Below, piece after piece: positions 31,825 through 42,795 of a stretch of DNA of 64,000 nucleotides. The position numbers were made by a program, and so were the translations under genes. Below the pieces are notes generated by a model. It saw nothing but the letters and a program-made list of their open reading frames with translations, was not told the DNA's origin and did no database searches. Numbering within the stretch: the first letter of the stretch is position 1; every line of letters begins with the position of its first letter. Location of the stretch: positions 1 through 64,000 of the IMG/VR virus record IMGVR_UViG_3300014208_000028; one strand, given 5' to 3'. The stretch is from a virus.

Positions 31825-32814
31825 CTAGACTAATTTTCTATTTGGCCTATTTTTATACCACTCTATAGTAGTTTTTAAATTGTCTACCATATTGTTTTCG
31901 GCCCCCGAAAAACCTAAATCATATAGTTTTTTACTATCTATACTATACCTTTTATCATGCCCCAAACGGTCAGTAACAAATTCTATATTGTCATTATTTA
32001 ATAATTTTTCAGAATTATACATATATAAAACATTATATATTTTAGATATTATACCTAAATTACTCCACTCATCTTTACAAGATATATTATATATTTCTCC
32101 CACTTTTCCTTTTTCTATAATAAGTCTTATAGCCCGCACATTATCACCTACATAAATCCAATCTCTCATATTCAACCCATTTCCATATACAGGTATTTTT
32201 TTATTATTAAGTAAACTATTAATTATAGTAGGTATGAACTTTTCTTGATGCTGATAAGGTCCATAATTATTACAACTACGAGTAACTATGACAGGTAAGC
32301 CAAAAGTATGATAATAACTCATAGCTATTAATTCGGCGGCGGCTTTTGAAGAAGAATAAGGACTACTAGGATTTAATTTACTCTCTTCTGTAAAAGGTAT
32401 ATCATCTATCTCTAACTTACTACTTCCATATACTTCATCCGTACTTATTTGTATAAACTTATCTATTCCAAATTCTTTAGAACATTCTAATAAATTAATA
32501 GTACCTTGTATATTAGTAGAATAGAAGTCATTAGAATTTTTTATACTATTATCAACATGTGTTTCGGCGGCGAAATTAACAATAATTTTAGGTCTACGCT
32601 CGAAGAATACTTTACGTAAAGCTTTAATATCTCTTATATCTACAAACTCACAATCTAGACCTCTAAAATCATATTGAGAAGCATAAGTATAGATATCTAA
32701 AGGAATAGGAAACATGTCTCTATCTTCACTATCTACTCTTCCAAATGTATTAGACATACTTCTATAAAAGTTATACCCGATAAATCCTGCCGCACCTGTT
32801 ACTAATATATTCAT
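31825..32814 (-). CDS. rfbB: dTDP-glucose 4,6-dehydratase
   Basis: GAAGFIG, FAAETHVD, STDEVYG, YSSSK, NNYGPYQHQEKFIP, DRLGHDKRY. Confidence 0.95.
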   Translation of the reverse strand: MNILVTGAAGFIGYNFYRSMSNTFGRVDSEDRDMFPIPLDIYTYASQYDFRGLDCEFVDIRDIKALRKVFFERRPKIIVNFAAETHVDNSIKNSNDFYSTNIQGTINLLECSKEFGIDKFIQISTDEVYGSSKLEIDDIPFTEESKLNPSSPYSSSKAAAELIAMSYYHTFGLPVIVTRSCNNYGPYQHQEKFIPTIINSLLNNKKIPVYGNGLNMRDWIYVGDNVRAIRLIIEKGKVGEIYNISCKDEWSNLGIISKIYNVLYMYNSEKLLNNDNIEFVTDRLGHDKRYSIDSKKLYDLGFSGAENNMVDNLKTTIEWYKNRPNRKLV

Positions 32815-32834
32815 ACTATATTTCTCCTTTATTT

Positions 32835-33692
32835 CTAATAAGAATCTGAGTCAAATGTGGTCACTTTTACCATCCCCCGTTTAAATATTAACTGCCCGCA
32901 CGTAACATCTCTTATTTTTTCTATGGGATAGAAATCTATTCTATCGTCCTTATTTGCCCATCCATACACGTAGTCAAATCCCTCTTCATAAGATTTATTT
33001 AGAATAAAAGATACCATATCTTTTTTACTATTTTCAGTAAAAGACTCTACTTTTAAAATATGCCTATTTACAAAATTTGGGCCGTAATACGTTTTATATA
33101 TAGCCCAATCCTTAGTAATTTTATTGTCCTTATAAAAATTTCCAATAAGAGTATAGTGTCCTCTATTATATGGATAATAATTATTTAATCTATGATTTAA
33201 ATTATACACTTCAAAAGTATCTATATTAGAAATACTACATTCTTTTATATGATTATTAGTTAGTAAAGATCTCGTATCGTATCTATATTCATAAACACCT
33301 TCTAACTTTTCCCATCCCAGATGTTTAAAAAATCCTGGAGCAGAGTTTTTATTTGGAAAACCGTATATGCAAGAAATATTCATATTTCTAGCTATTTCAT
33401 AAGCCTCTTTTGCTAAAGATATGAATATTCCTCTATGTTGATAATTAGGATGAACCATCGTATTAAACGATATAGCAACTTTTCCAAAACCGCTATCTAA
33501 AAACTTATCTAAAATTCTTAGCGCATAATGCCCTACTAATTTATTTCCATCATATCTAAGAGTAACTATAGTAGGTTGAGTATAATACATCCAATTATAC
33601 ATACTTTTATGTAATACTCTTCCTGTATCCGAATAGCATTCTTTAAAAAGTTTTATAATATTCTCATACTGTTTTTCTGTTACCAATTCCAT
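32835..33692 (-). CDS. GNAT-family acyltransferase
   Basis: TMVHPNYQHRGIF, IYGFPNKNS..GF...GW. Confidence 0.85.
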   Translation of the reverse strand: MELVTEKQYENIIKLFKECYSDTGRVLHKSMYNWMYYTQPTIVTLRYDGNKLVGHYALRILDKFLDSGFGKVAISFNTMVHPNYQHRGIFISLAKEAYEIARNMNISCIYGFPNKNSAPGFFKHLGWEKLEGVYEYRYDTRSLLTNNHIKECSISNIDTFEVYNLNHRLNNYYPYNRGHYTLIGNFYKDNKITKDWAIYKTYYGPNFVNRHILKVESFTENSKKDMVSFILNKSYEEGFDYVYGWANKDDRIDFYPIEKIRDVTCGQLIFKRGMVKVTTFDSDSY

Positions 33693-34306
33693 ATTTCCTT
33701 AACTAAATAAAATTTTTCAGCATACTCTGTAGATATTTCCATGCCACGCATTTTAGTCCAATCTTTAACTACATTTAAGTTTCTAGGGTGATATTTCTCA
33801 ATAGATATTTGAGATGAATAACACTTTATAGACTCAAGTTTATTTTTTACATCTTCCCCACTTAAAGGTATATATACTGAAGAACCATCTATTTTAGGCC
33901 CCCAATAGGTGTAAGGAAGTTCATATTGAAGTATTTTTTTAATGGAAGAATTAGAAGAATACGGTCTAAGAGCAGCTATTGCTGCTTTATATACTATTTC
34001 ATGATCTTGATGAAAACTAGGGTATGGTATAAAAAGAGAATCAACCTTATATGATTTGAAAATATTATCCATAAAAAGTACAAAATTTTTAAAAGGCTCT
34101 TTATCGAATTCGCCATCTATAAAATTTCCAAAACATACTTCCATATTTAGATATTGAGCAGATTTAATAGCCTCAGCTTTTCTATCTCCATTATAACAGG
34201 AAAAAATTACATTCAAACATTTATTATTAGAAAAAGAAAATTTAGATATAGCCCCTCCACATCCCAACTCTGCATCATCCGAATGAGGAGAAAAAATAAT
34301 AATCAT
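33680..34306 (-). CDS. PIG-L/LmbE-family deacetylase
   Basis: SPHSDDAELGCGG, R..E, HQDH, YSSQ, AEKF. Confidence 0.92.
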   Translation of the reverse strand: MIIIFSPHSDDAELGCGGAISKFSFSNNKCLNVIFSCYNGDRKAEAIKSAQYLNMEVCFGNFIDGEFDKEPFKNFVLFMDNIFKSYKVDSLFIPYPSFHQDHEIVYKAAIAALRPYSSNSSIKKILQYELPYTYWGPKIDGSSVYIPLSGEDVKNKLESIKCYSSQISIEKYHPRNLNVVKDWTKMRGMEISTEYAEKFYLVKEIWNW

Positions 34307-34309
34307 GTA

Positions 34310-35008
34310 TCATCCCCGTACCAATATTTCAAAACCAGTTTCCGATAAATTATTTTCTTTTTGATACTTTTTTAAAGTTTCTTTAATTGTATCTATTAAG
34401 AGCAGCATTTTTTCCTTACATAACTCTTTTTTTATAAAACAACCAGTCCAAGCAGTCGGAGTTTTAAGTATTAATTGATTATGAGTAATGAACATTTCTT
34501 TAGGGAAATAATAACTATACCAATCTATGCCAGCAGGTTCTTGACAATCATGATAAGCTACTACATCGAAAATATTAATCAATTTACAAATAGCTATAGT
34601 TCGACAAGTGCTGTGGTTATCTACAAATAGAAAATTAGGAGAGGTTTTCACAAGAGATAGTTCTATAAAAAGTTTAGAATAATACTCTTCTATTTCTTTT
34701 CTTTGAGTTTCAGTAAGATTTTTAGGTAAAGTTTCCCAAACTACTTCATTAGGGAGTTGTTGATGTCTCAATACTATATTATTACCGCCCACAACAGTTT
34801 TTTTTATTTCTCCTATCCATTCCTCATCCGTATCTATCCCAAGATATTTAAACTCATATTTTTGAGGTTTGACCAGAATAGGAGTGGAGAACATGCCTAA
34901 ACCCAGTTCTACAATTTGAATAGGCTTATGTATCGATATAATTGCTTGTAATAATGGTTGATGAGAACTCCATTCCCATCCATAATGAGGGGCATTTTTC
35001 ACTTTCAT
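34310..35008 (-). CDS. Methyltransferase-like protein
   Basis: SHQPLL, IVELGLGMFST, LFVD, AYHD. Confidence 0.6.
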   Translation of the reverse strand: MKVKNAPHYGWEWSSHQPLLQAIISIHKPIQIVELGLGMFSTPILVKPQKYEFKYLGIDTDEEWIGEIKKTVVGGNNIVLRHQQLPNEVVWETLPKNLTETQRKEIEEYYSKLFIELSLVKTSPNFLFVDNHSTCRTIAICKLINIFDVVAYHDCQEPAGIDWYSYYFPKEMFITHNQLILKTPTAWTGCFIKKELCKEKMLLLIDTIKETLKKYQKENNLSETGFEILVRG

Positions 35009-35805
35009 ACCTCCAATATTTTTCTAACTGATAGTCCTATATAATTATCCATATCTAAAACAGTTTCTGGAGTAAGTATATTTTGAATTTCTCCAGATTT
35101 AGGATGCCCTCCAAACCAATGAAGTCCTATACAGTGCTCCGGTAATAATTTCCCCACCTCTTGAAAAATTTCATCTATATTATTAGCATCAAATGGGCTT
35201 ATCTTATCCATAGAAATATTACATACTCTTATATTAAAGGCTTCTTCAATATTACTGATATGTGGAAATTTTTTATTATATAAGTTAGCCCCAAATGCCT
35301 GATAATCTACGTCTTCTACTTTATTAAGAGCCTCCTCATATAGTGAAAAGAAAAATTTATTATTTGAGGCAGCAAGTAAAAATCCTACTCCATACCCATA
35401 TACATCATTTCTAGATATACACACATCATAACTTAAATCTAAATCTATAGGTTTTATGTATAGAATATCCATATCCGACCAAAGCCCTCCATATTTACTA
35501 AGCAAATATAATCTAAGTATATCTGATTTATGTACTTCAGATAAACTTTCTTTTGTAGTAATTGTTTTTTTCTCTATAGGAAGAGAATTTAATAAACTGA
35601 AATAGTCGCTACCTATATATGGTACTAACTGTTCATGACTTATCCAAGGAATATTCTCATTTACTGTACTAGGAATATATAATATGATTTTCCAATCAGG
35701 ATTATATTTGTGGAAGGAGAAAATAGTTAAATATCTAAGATAAGATAGTTTTTTAGCCCCCCAATAGAAGTGAGCGATTTTAGGTATCACAATACTGTGC
35801 CCCAC
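35005..35805 (-). CDS. GT32 (DxD) glycosyltransferase
   Basis: IPKIAHFYW, SDILR...YGGLWSDMD. Confidence 0.85.
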   Translation of the reverse strand: MGHSIVIPKIAHFYWGAKKLSYLRYLTIFSFHKYNPDWKIILYIPSTVNENIPWISHEQLVPYIGSDYFSLLNSLPIEKKTITTKESLSEVHKSDILRLYLLSKYGGLWSDMDILYIKPIDLDLSYDVCISRNDVYGYGVGFLLAASNNKFFFSLYEEALNKVEDVDYQAFGANLYNKKFPHISNIEEAFNIRVCNISMDKISPFDANNIDEIFQEVGKLLPEHCIGLHWFGGHPKSGEIQNILTPETVLDMDNYIGLSVRKILEV

Positions 35806-36413
35806 ATACCTCTATCAGACATATTAACTTCAGGATAATCTACTCTAGAAGAAAGAAAAGTAGGATTCATATTTATTGTATTAAATATATTACCTATAGA
35901 TTCTGGAGTACGCAATACTCTTCCTGCTTGTAGTAAATTACCAGTAAGATCCTCCTCTCTAGTAACTTCTTCTCCCACATAAGAAGAAGAATATTGAAAT
36001 GCGAACTTACCTCCAACAACCAAAGAACTACTTACATTAGTACTAATATTTAAAAAACAGGAAGGAGGGACGTGCTGGAAAACTTTCATGCTAATACAGT
36101 AATCAAAATATCTATTAGGCATATCACACATTCTATCGCTGTGACATATCATATCTGATATAGAAGATATTCTAGTTAAGGCAGATTGAGATATATCTAC
36201 AGAACATACAAAACATCCCAAACTCTTTAAAAATACGGCCATAGTACCGAAACCTACTCCAATATCTATTATTTTCTTATTTCTCAATTCTTCTACAGAT
36301 AGATTTAAGAAATCTAATACATATATGGGATCGCTTCCAGTTAATGTATCAGAGGAAAGATCTTCCATCTCATGCTGACCTTCCCAAAATTTTTCTATGT
36401 ATTTTTTCATCAA
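35787..36413 (-). CDS. Class I SAM-dependent methyltransferase
   Basis: IIDIGVGFG, VDIS, FDYCIS..VFQH, L..GG. Confidence 0.85.
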   Translation of the reverse strand: MMKKYIEKFWEGQHEMEDLSSDTLTGSDPIYVLDFLNLSVEELRNKKIIDIGVGFGTMAVFLKSLGCFVCSVDISQSALTRISSISDMICHSDRMCDMPNRYFDYCISMKVFQHVPPSCFLNISTNVSSSLVVGGKFAFQYSSSYVGEEVTREEDLTGNLLQAGRVLRTPESIGNIFNTINMNPTFLSSRVDYPEVNMSDRGMWGTVL

Positions 36414-37387
36414 ACAAATTCCTTATGCTTTACCTCAGACATTAAGGTATTAAGTAAATAATTATATTCCGTATAGTAACATTTTTCACAAATAGATCCA
36501 TTAAAATATTTTTGATTACCCCACATATACTCTAAATTTTCTAACTTTCCCATAATCATTTTTTCTGGAAAAGTTCTATTTTCATCATTTAAAGAATATT
36601 GAACTCCACAACAAGGATATATATTTCCATCAGCAGCTACTAAAGGTTTAAGTAAACTTATTAAACATTTAGATGCTCCTTTAGTATGCCTTTCTCTAGA
36701 CTGATATATGATTAAAGAATCATCTATATGTTCTTGAGATAATCTATATTTAATATCTTCCATAATTTTACTGTCAGGATTGTATATATCTGATACTAAC
36801 CGAATATGAGTAAAATTGTTATTATTAGCAAAACTAATTATTTTTACAAGATTATTAAAATTATATTTATTACTTACTACGTAACTAAACGCTAAATCAT
36901 TGCCATTATCTCTCATATATTCCATATTTCTAATAAAATTACTGTCCCAAATTCTATCATCCCCGAAAGAAATTCTTATCCATTTACAACTAGATATCTG
37001 CTCTTTGCCTAACTTTTTTAAGACAGTTCCATTACTAACTAAGCCGATTTTTATATTATTTAGACTTAACATATCTATAAAATTATTGATGTGGGGGTAT
37101 AGAGCTGGTTCTCCTCCACCAGTTATAGTAACTCCCGCAGTATGATAGTTAATCATATATTTCAATAAACTGTCTAACTGCTCAGAAGTTAAAGACTCAG
37201 CTTTATTTCTATTTCTGCAACTACAAAATGTACAATTTAAATTACATACATTAGTAGGAGATACTTGAACATGCCTGGGCAATATTATCTTTTGCTCTAG
37301 ACTACTAAATAATTCTCTATCCATAATAAGTTTAATAGGCAAGCTATTAGCAGAAGTAAAACTTTCTTTATTATTTATATATACCAT
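36410..37387 (-). CDS. Radical SAM enzyme with SPASM/Twitch-like domain
   Basis: CNLNCTFC, TGGGEP, C...ADGNIYPCC...C..C. Confidence 0.9.
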   Translation of the reverse strand: MVYINNKESFTSANSLPIKLIMDRELFSSLEQKIILPRHVQVSPTNVCNLNCTFCSCRNRNKAESLTSEQLDSLLKYMINYHTAGVTITGGGEPALYPHINNFIDMLSLNNIKIGLVSNGTVLKKLGKEQISSCKWIRISFGDDRIWDSNFIRNMEYMRDNGNDLAFSYVVSNKYNFNNLVKIISFANNNNFTHIRLVSDIYNPDSKIMEDIKYRLSQEHIDDSLIIYQSRERHTKGASKCLISLLKPLVAADGNIYPCCGVQYSLNDENRTFPEKMIMGKLENLEYMWGNQKYFNGSICEKCYYTEYNYLLNTLMSEVKHKEFV

Positions 37388-38060
37388 TCTTAGTCCTTAT
37401 ATCCGTATTGCTATTAAATAGTAATTTATTATTACTATATAAAATATTATTTGAAGAGCATCTCTCATGATATTGGTGTTCTCCCTGGATTTCGTCTTTA
37501 CACATAAAAGATAGTCCTGCTTGAGAAAATCTTCTACCAAAATCATTATCTTCAAAAGCTAAACCATTCATAAATTCTTCATTCCATCCATTTATACGTA
37601 AAATATCCTCTTTTTTGAAATAAGCTAAAAAATACATAGAGGGGTCGTTGCCTCTAAAATTAGAGTTAACTAAAGACATAGTTTCATTTCCTAGCTCATC
37701 TAAATCAAATACTTGGCATATATAATTTCCGCGAGGAAGGGCAGATAATTGTTGAACTACATCAGTTTTAGGCATGACTTCTGGACATGTAATTATTATA
37801 TCTTCTGTTTCAGAAAATCTTACTCCCAAATTAAGAGCCGTGCTAGGATTAATATAATCTCCGGGAAACGAATATTTTATAAGTTTTACCTTAAAATTGC
37901 TCCTTAAAAAGCCTAGATCCTCTTCTAATATAGTTCTACTTACTACATATATGATAATATTTTTATGGGAAGGATATTTTATATACTCTTTAATAGAATT
38001 TTTAAATAAGCCCAGTCTAGTACTTTCACATGGGAATATTATAGAAAATGTTCTAGCCAT
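37371..38060 (-). CDS. GT-A glycosyltransferase (GT2/GT7-C-like)
   Basis: ALNLG, INGWNEEF..G..FEDNDF..R, HQYH. Confidence 0.75.
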   Translation of the reverse strand: MARTFSIIFPCESTRLGLFKNSIKEYIKYPSHKNIIIYVVSRTILEEDLGFLRSNFKVKLIKYSFPGDYINPSTALNLGVRFSETEDIIITCPEVMPKTDVVQQLSALPRGNYICQVFDLDELGNETMSLVNSNFRGNDPSMYFLAYFKKEDILRINGWNEEFMNGLAFEDNDFGRRFSQAGLSFMCKDEIQGEHQYHERCSSNNILYSNNKLLFNSNTDIRTKNGIYK

Positions 38061-38940
38061 TTAGAACTTTTCTCCATCCTCCAATTTTTTTAGATAGTAA
38101 ATATTTATCATACACATAGTCTTTTAATAGGCCAAATTTATCAAAATTGTTTTTCGCCTTTTCAATACTATCTAACCAAGTACCTTCCTGCCTAATAAAT
38201 GGAAATATATCAGTCAATTTTTTATACTCTCCTACTGGAGAAGCTATGGGAAATATGCCGCAAATCACATACTCTAAAAATTTTATAGTAGATTTACCCT
38301 TATTAAATTGTATATCTGATAAAGGAATTAATCCTATAGAATTAGAATAATTTCTTAGGTGAGTTATATAATTTTCTACCCCAGTATGGAAAACTGAAGA
38401 GCATCCTATATCTAAATCAGTAGACCCAATAGACTGTATCTCATATTTTTCTCTAATTTTAGCAAGTTCTTCTAATAATCCAGATCCGGGGATATCATAC
38501 TCATGCCCATTTAATCCATGATTTAAAGTTATTTTACCATTAAAATTTGTAAAATCAGATTTATTTATCCAATTATCTGGCACACAATTTTCAGCTACTA
38601 TTATATTCCTGCCACCAGATTTTTCAAACATTCTATTTCCTATTTCTACAGTAGTTGCCACTAAAATATCTGCTCTTTTTAACCAATACTCGCAATTTTT
38701 AGAGGCCCGAATAATAGCAGAATAGTGAGGATGGGAATTAGGAATATCCCAAAACGAGTCATCTAAAGAGTAAACTATTCTTTTAGCTTTAGGAAATTGA
38801 GTTGCAGTACTTACTCTTACTATTAAAGCCCTATCTGCTAAAATACTATTACTAACTATTGTTCCACCTAAAGCGTTTACAATAATATCTCCTCTATAAA
38901 AAGCACTAGGGTCTGGCCTACAACTTATGAAATAGTTCAT
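38053..38940 (-). CDS. GT-B (GT4-like) glycosyltransferase
   Basis: FYR, YSLDD, IGLIPL....FNKGKSTIKFLEY, ASPV; paralogous to 52218-53480. Confidence 0.75.
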   Translation of the reverse strand: MNYFISCRPDPSAFYRGDIIVNALGGTIVSNSILADRALIVRVSTATQFPKAKRIVYSLDDSFWDIPNSHPHYSAIIRASKNCEYWLKRADILVATTVEIGNRMFEKSGGRNIIVAENCVPDNWINKSDFTNFNGKITLNHGLNGHEYDIPGSGLLEELAKIREKYEIQSIGSTDLDIGCSSVFHTGVENYITHLRNYSNSIGLIPLSDIQFNKGKSTIKFLEYVICGIFPIASPVGEYKKLTDIFPFIRQEGTWLDSIEKAKNNFDKFGLLKDYVYDKYLLSKKIGGWRKVLNG

Positions 38941-38955
38941 ATACTTAAATTTCCT

Positions 38956-39735
38956 TTATATAGATATATTAAAAATATTTTCTACTTTAATAATATTCAA
39001 ACTATCTCCCTCTATAAATTTCCAATTTTTATACTCTTCTGATAATTTTTCAGCTAAATTATTAGGTAAGTAATGCTGATAAGCGGAAGTATTTTTATAT
39101 TTTGATACTAAACTATCCTTACGAATATGGCACATATGGTGCATCATAATTACATCATCCCCATATAACTTTACAGGAGGACCAATATCGGTTGTACGAG
39201 TAGGGTCTATTAAAGCTATGTGTCTGTATTTATCACTTTCTGATAACACGAATTTACTAGTAGGGGATACCTTCTGCATAAAGGCTACCTTTGTTTCAGG
39301 AATAGCTACCTCTCTATATATCGGCTCTTTATAGTACATATAAAAGCTACAATATGATATATTTATAGCTTGTTCCTCTATTATTGTTTTAGCTTGTATT
39401 AATTCATCATGCTTATAAAACTCATCTGAATCCATAGACATAATATATTCACATCCATTTTTTCTACAATCATCTAATCCTAAATTTCTTTTACATACTT
39501 CCTGCTCATGAGGACTCATCCCTGATAAAGCAGTAAATATCACTAAATTATCTACTAAGCCGTCTCGTAGTAATTCATCACACAATTCTTTAGCTTCAGA
39601 AGTCCAAGGATTGCCAGTATAACTAAATTCTTGAGCTACTACTACAACATAATCCACAGAATCACGAATACTTTTAATAGAGTATCTAAGTAATTCTTCT
39701 CCATCAAAAAAGCTATAAGACGCTCCTAATTTCAT
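38956..39735 (-). CDS. GT-A glycosyltransferase-like protein
   Basis: FDGEELL..SI.SIR, KRNLG, MDSDEFY. Confidence 0.7.
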   Translation of the reverse strand: MKLGASYSFFDGEELLRYSIKSIRDSVDYVVVVAQEFSYTGNPWTSEAKELCDELLRDGLVDNLVIFTALSGMSPHEQEVCKRNLGLDDCRKNGCEYIMSMDSDEFYKHDELIQAKTIIEEQAINISYCSFYMYYKEPIYREVAIPETKVAFMQKVSPTSKFVLSESDKYRHIALIDPTRTTDIGPPVKLYGDDVIMMHHMCHIRKDSLVSKYKNTSAYQHYLPNNLAEKLSEEYKNWKFIEGDSLNIIKVENIFNISI

Positions 39736-39738
39736 GAT

Positions 39739-40491
39739 TTACCACCCATGAGCTTTACCTTGTATACTATTCCCATGATGTAACTTTTCTCCTAAAACTA
39801 TTCCAGAAATTTTAAATATAGGTCCTCCAACAGCAATTAATTTATTGAAAAATTCTCCGTCAGGAGCTATGTGCTCGGAGTTCTTAGATATTGGCCAATA
39901 AGGGTACTCCATTTTATTAAGTAATTCTATTTTATGAGTAACACAACTATGGTCAAGGACCGCCACGGCATTTATTATAGATTTATTCAAAGTTCCAGGT
40001 ATTTTCCCTATCTTCTGACCCCCAATACTTACTAAATCTATATAATTATAACATGAGGATATGCTGTCATTACTTCTTAAGTATCTTATCGCCAAACTTG
40101 TTCTAGTAGGATGATAAATATCATCACACGGCAAATAACTTACATATTTTATATTTGGAAGATTATCTATACATATTTTCAGCATAAAATTTATGTTTCT
40201 ACAAAAAGTAGAAACTTTCTTTCTCTCTTCATTAGAAGTCTTCGTACTGAAAAAAAGTATATTATCATTTTTACTGGCCAAATTTAAGATGATCTGTTTA
40301 GTTTTTTTATTTATAGTATCGCTATTATCGTCTATTATAAGTATCGCAGTTTTATATTTTTGATTAACCGCCGAATTGAGGGCCTTTTCTAATAAAATAT
40401 CGCGGCCATAACTAGTAATAATTATGGCATAATCGTAATTTTTTAAATTATCAAAACTTCCATACTCTTGAATAATACGTATTTTTTCCAT
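39739..40491 (-). CDS. GT2 glycosyltransferase
   Basis: IITSY, S..NQ, IIDDNS, YLPCDD. Confidence 0.8.
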   Translation of the reverse strand: MEKIRIIQEYGSFDNLKNYDYAIIITSYGRDILLEKALNSAVNQKYKTAILIIDDNSDTINKKTKQIILNLASKNDNILFFSTKTSNEERKKVSTFCRNINFMLKICIDNLPNIKYVSYLPCDDIYHPTRTSLAIRYLRSNDSISSCYNYIDLVSIGGQKIGKIPGTLNKSIINAVAVLDHSCVTHKIELLNKMEYPYWPISKNSEHIAPDGEFFNKLIAVGGPIFKISGIVLGEKLHHGNSIQGKAHGW

Positions 40492-40834
40492 GTAAATAGT
40501 ATAAAATAAAATTAAGTAAACATCAAGCTAAAAAGAGGAGGAGAATTAATCTTTTCCTTCTCACTTAGACCGCTCCTTCCCCTCAAAGTTGGATAGGCTT
40601 TCCTCTTTTTAAGTTAAAGATATGTCTGTCTTTCTTCTAATTTCATACCCTTCATTCTCCAAACATATCCTAATCCTCTACTCCAACAATCATTTATAGT
40701 ATTATTATCTTCATCTTTTCTAGGCATAATAATTGTATCTAGCAAGTCCCCCTCCGAAGATAATATTCTTATATGAACACAAGGAGAATTGTATTCTACA
40801 AAATTATTACAATTACGGCAACTAGTATCCATAA

Positions 40835-41221
40835 TTAATCCTTCTCAATTCCTAAATCAGTAAATACTTTAATAGGAAGTTTGTAATAATCTATTACACT
40901 ATTTAATTGTTCTAAATAGTATTTATCAGATTCTTTTTCTATAATTAAATATATAGCGGGCTGTTTATGAACTAAAGTAGAATAGTATAAACTCTGTCCA
41001 ATAGCTTCTTCCCATTTAGAAGCGAATTCTACTTCAACAGCATAATTAGGAGTCACACAATCAATTCTGGCCCGCGAATATTTAACCTCTGTAATACCGT
41101 TATGTAACGCACACCACTCATCCCTATAAGTACTTTCAGGGGTATTATGTTTTCGTAAAGCCGCTCCTATACAGCAAGATAATATGATCGGAAACACTAT
41201 ACAATAAATTACTTTCTTCAT
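40835..41221 (-). CDS. PD-(D/E)XK-like protein with hydrophobic N-terminus
   Basis: E...RIDC.....VEVEF..KW.EAIGQSLYY. Confidence 0.6.
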   Translation of the reverse strand: MKKVIYCIVFPIILSCCIGAALRKHNTPESTYRDEWCALHNGITEVKYSRARIDCVTPNYAVEVEFASKWEEAIGQSLYYSTLVHKQPAIYLIIEKESDKYYLEQLNSVIDYYKLPIKVFTDLGIEKD

Positions 41222-42081
41222 TTGCCAGTCCTATCGTAAAAAGTTCTACCGAAAAGCTCGTCTGTTACTTCTCTCGATAAAGTTTCTCTATGCTTTAAAT
41301 TATCATAATAATCTAAAGTAGGAATTGACCTAGATAGATGTAACTCTATATCATCACAAAACTCAGGCGGAATTTTTCGATCTTTCGTAGCAATACGTAA
41401 CCCTTCGTCCTTTAAAAATCCTCTACACCTTATACTTGACATGCAACCTCCATAATAAAATAGAATTGTTATACTTACTTTATATCAGATTTATTCCATT
41501 TTTTTCACGGTAGGCTTAATGCCTAATTCTTTATATTTAAATTGAACTACTAATCCATTAGTAAATCTAATCTCATTCTTTTTAGATTTTCTAGTAATCC
41601 AATTATATAATTCTTGAAAAGCTAATTTTTTAAGGATTTTATCTAAGGAGGCGGTTTTTTCATTTATCTCAGAATGAAGATATGCTAATAAGCTTTCAGC
41701 TTCTTTTAAATCATTAGCATCTGCTACCGCGCAATAATAAACATTATCTTTATTAGCTGATGCTGTTACTACAAATTTACGATTATTATGACACATAGGG
41801 TAGGCTACAAAAGCGTCTTCTTTAATATCTTCTGTAGAAGTATTATTTAAAAGCTTTTCTAGTTCTACTTTATCTATCATTCCAGTAGATTCTTTTAACA
41901 TACTTAAGTATTCTAAAGAATTATCTACTAAATCATTAGATATAGAAACTATATTATATCCTAGCCCCGCGCTGTCTATACCGTAAATTAATGTCTTATC
42001 ATCTACTTTCTTAAGTTTAAATTCCCCAATATTCTTTAAATCTATAACCTTATCCCCGTCTTTAATAAACAATATGATCTC

Positions 42082-42795
42082 CTAACACTTAACTTCTCCG
42101 GGATTTACTCTATTAAATATTGTAGGTAACTTTTGCTGTAATATGCTCAATACCATATTCATTACTTCTCGCATTTGAAAATGATTATCTAATTCAGTAC
42201 GAAGATCTAATACATAATACCACTGATGAATAGATCCACTCATTATAATCTCAGACTTAAGGGATAAGGGAAGATTGTTTCTAGCCTTTTCAGGGGACCA
42301 ATTATAATCTCTAGATAATTGTATATATCTTTCAGTCTGATCTATTAATCCTTGTGCCCAAATATATTCATCGTAATGATCCCTTAATGATCCATCTGCT
42401 TGACCCATTTTCCATATATCATGATCATCATAACTATCTTCCCAAATATGGGATATCCAAGGAGGGATTATATAAGTGAAACTGTTCCTCTTTTGATAAT
42501 TTATATAACGAGTACTCTCTACTAAATAATTAGAATGTTGGTGTCTTACTATCTCATTCTCTATCCCCCTATCAGTAACAATTTTAAATTTAATTAAATT
42601 ATGCCTAAATAACCCCCAATGAACTCTTTTTTGATTAAGTCTAGCCTCTACAAATCGTTGAGCAGAAGTCGGGGTTATTTTATCCTCACTTTTATAACAA
42701 GTACGTCCATCTAATTCTATTTCTTTTAATATTTTATCTTCATCTAACTCAGTCTTTAACTCTACATAAGGACGAATTAATTTAATTCTAGTCAT
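42082..42795 (-). CDS. thyX: Flavin-dependent thymidylate synthase
   Basis: GRTCYKS, EIVRHQ-x7-STRY (variant of RHRx7S), PEKAR..LP, LR....HFQMR. Confidence 0.85.
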   Translation of the reverse strand: MTRIKLIRPYVELKTELDEDKILKEIELDGRTCYKSEDKITPTSAQRFVEARLNQKRVHWGLFRHNLIKFKIVTDRGIENEIVRHQHSNYLVESTRYINYQKRNSFTYIIPPWISHIWEDSYDDHDIWKMGQADGSLRDHYDEYIWAQGLIDQTERYIQLSRDYNWSPEKARNNLPLSLKSEIIMSGSIHQWYYVLDLRTELDNHFQMREVMNMVLSILQQKLPTIFNRVNPGEVKC

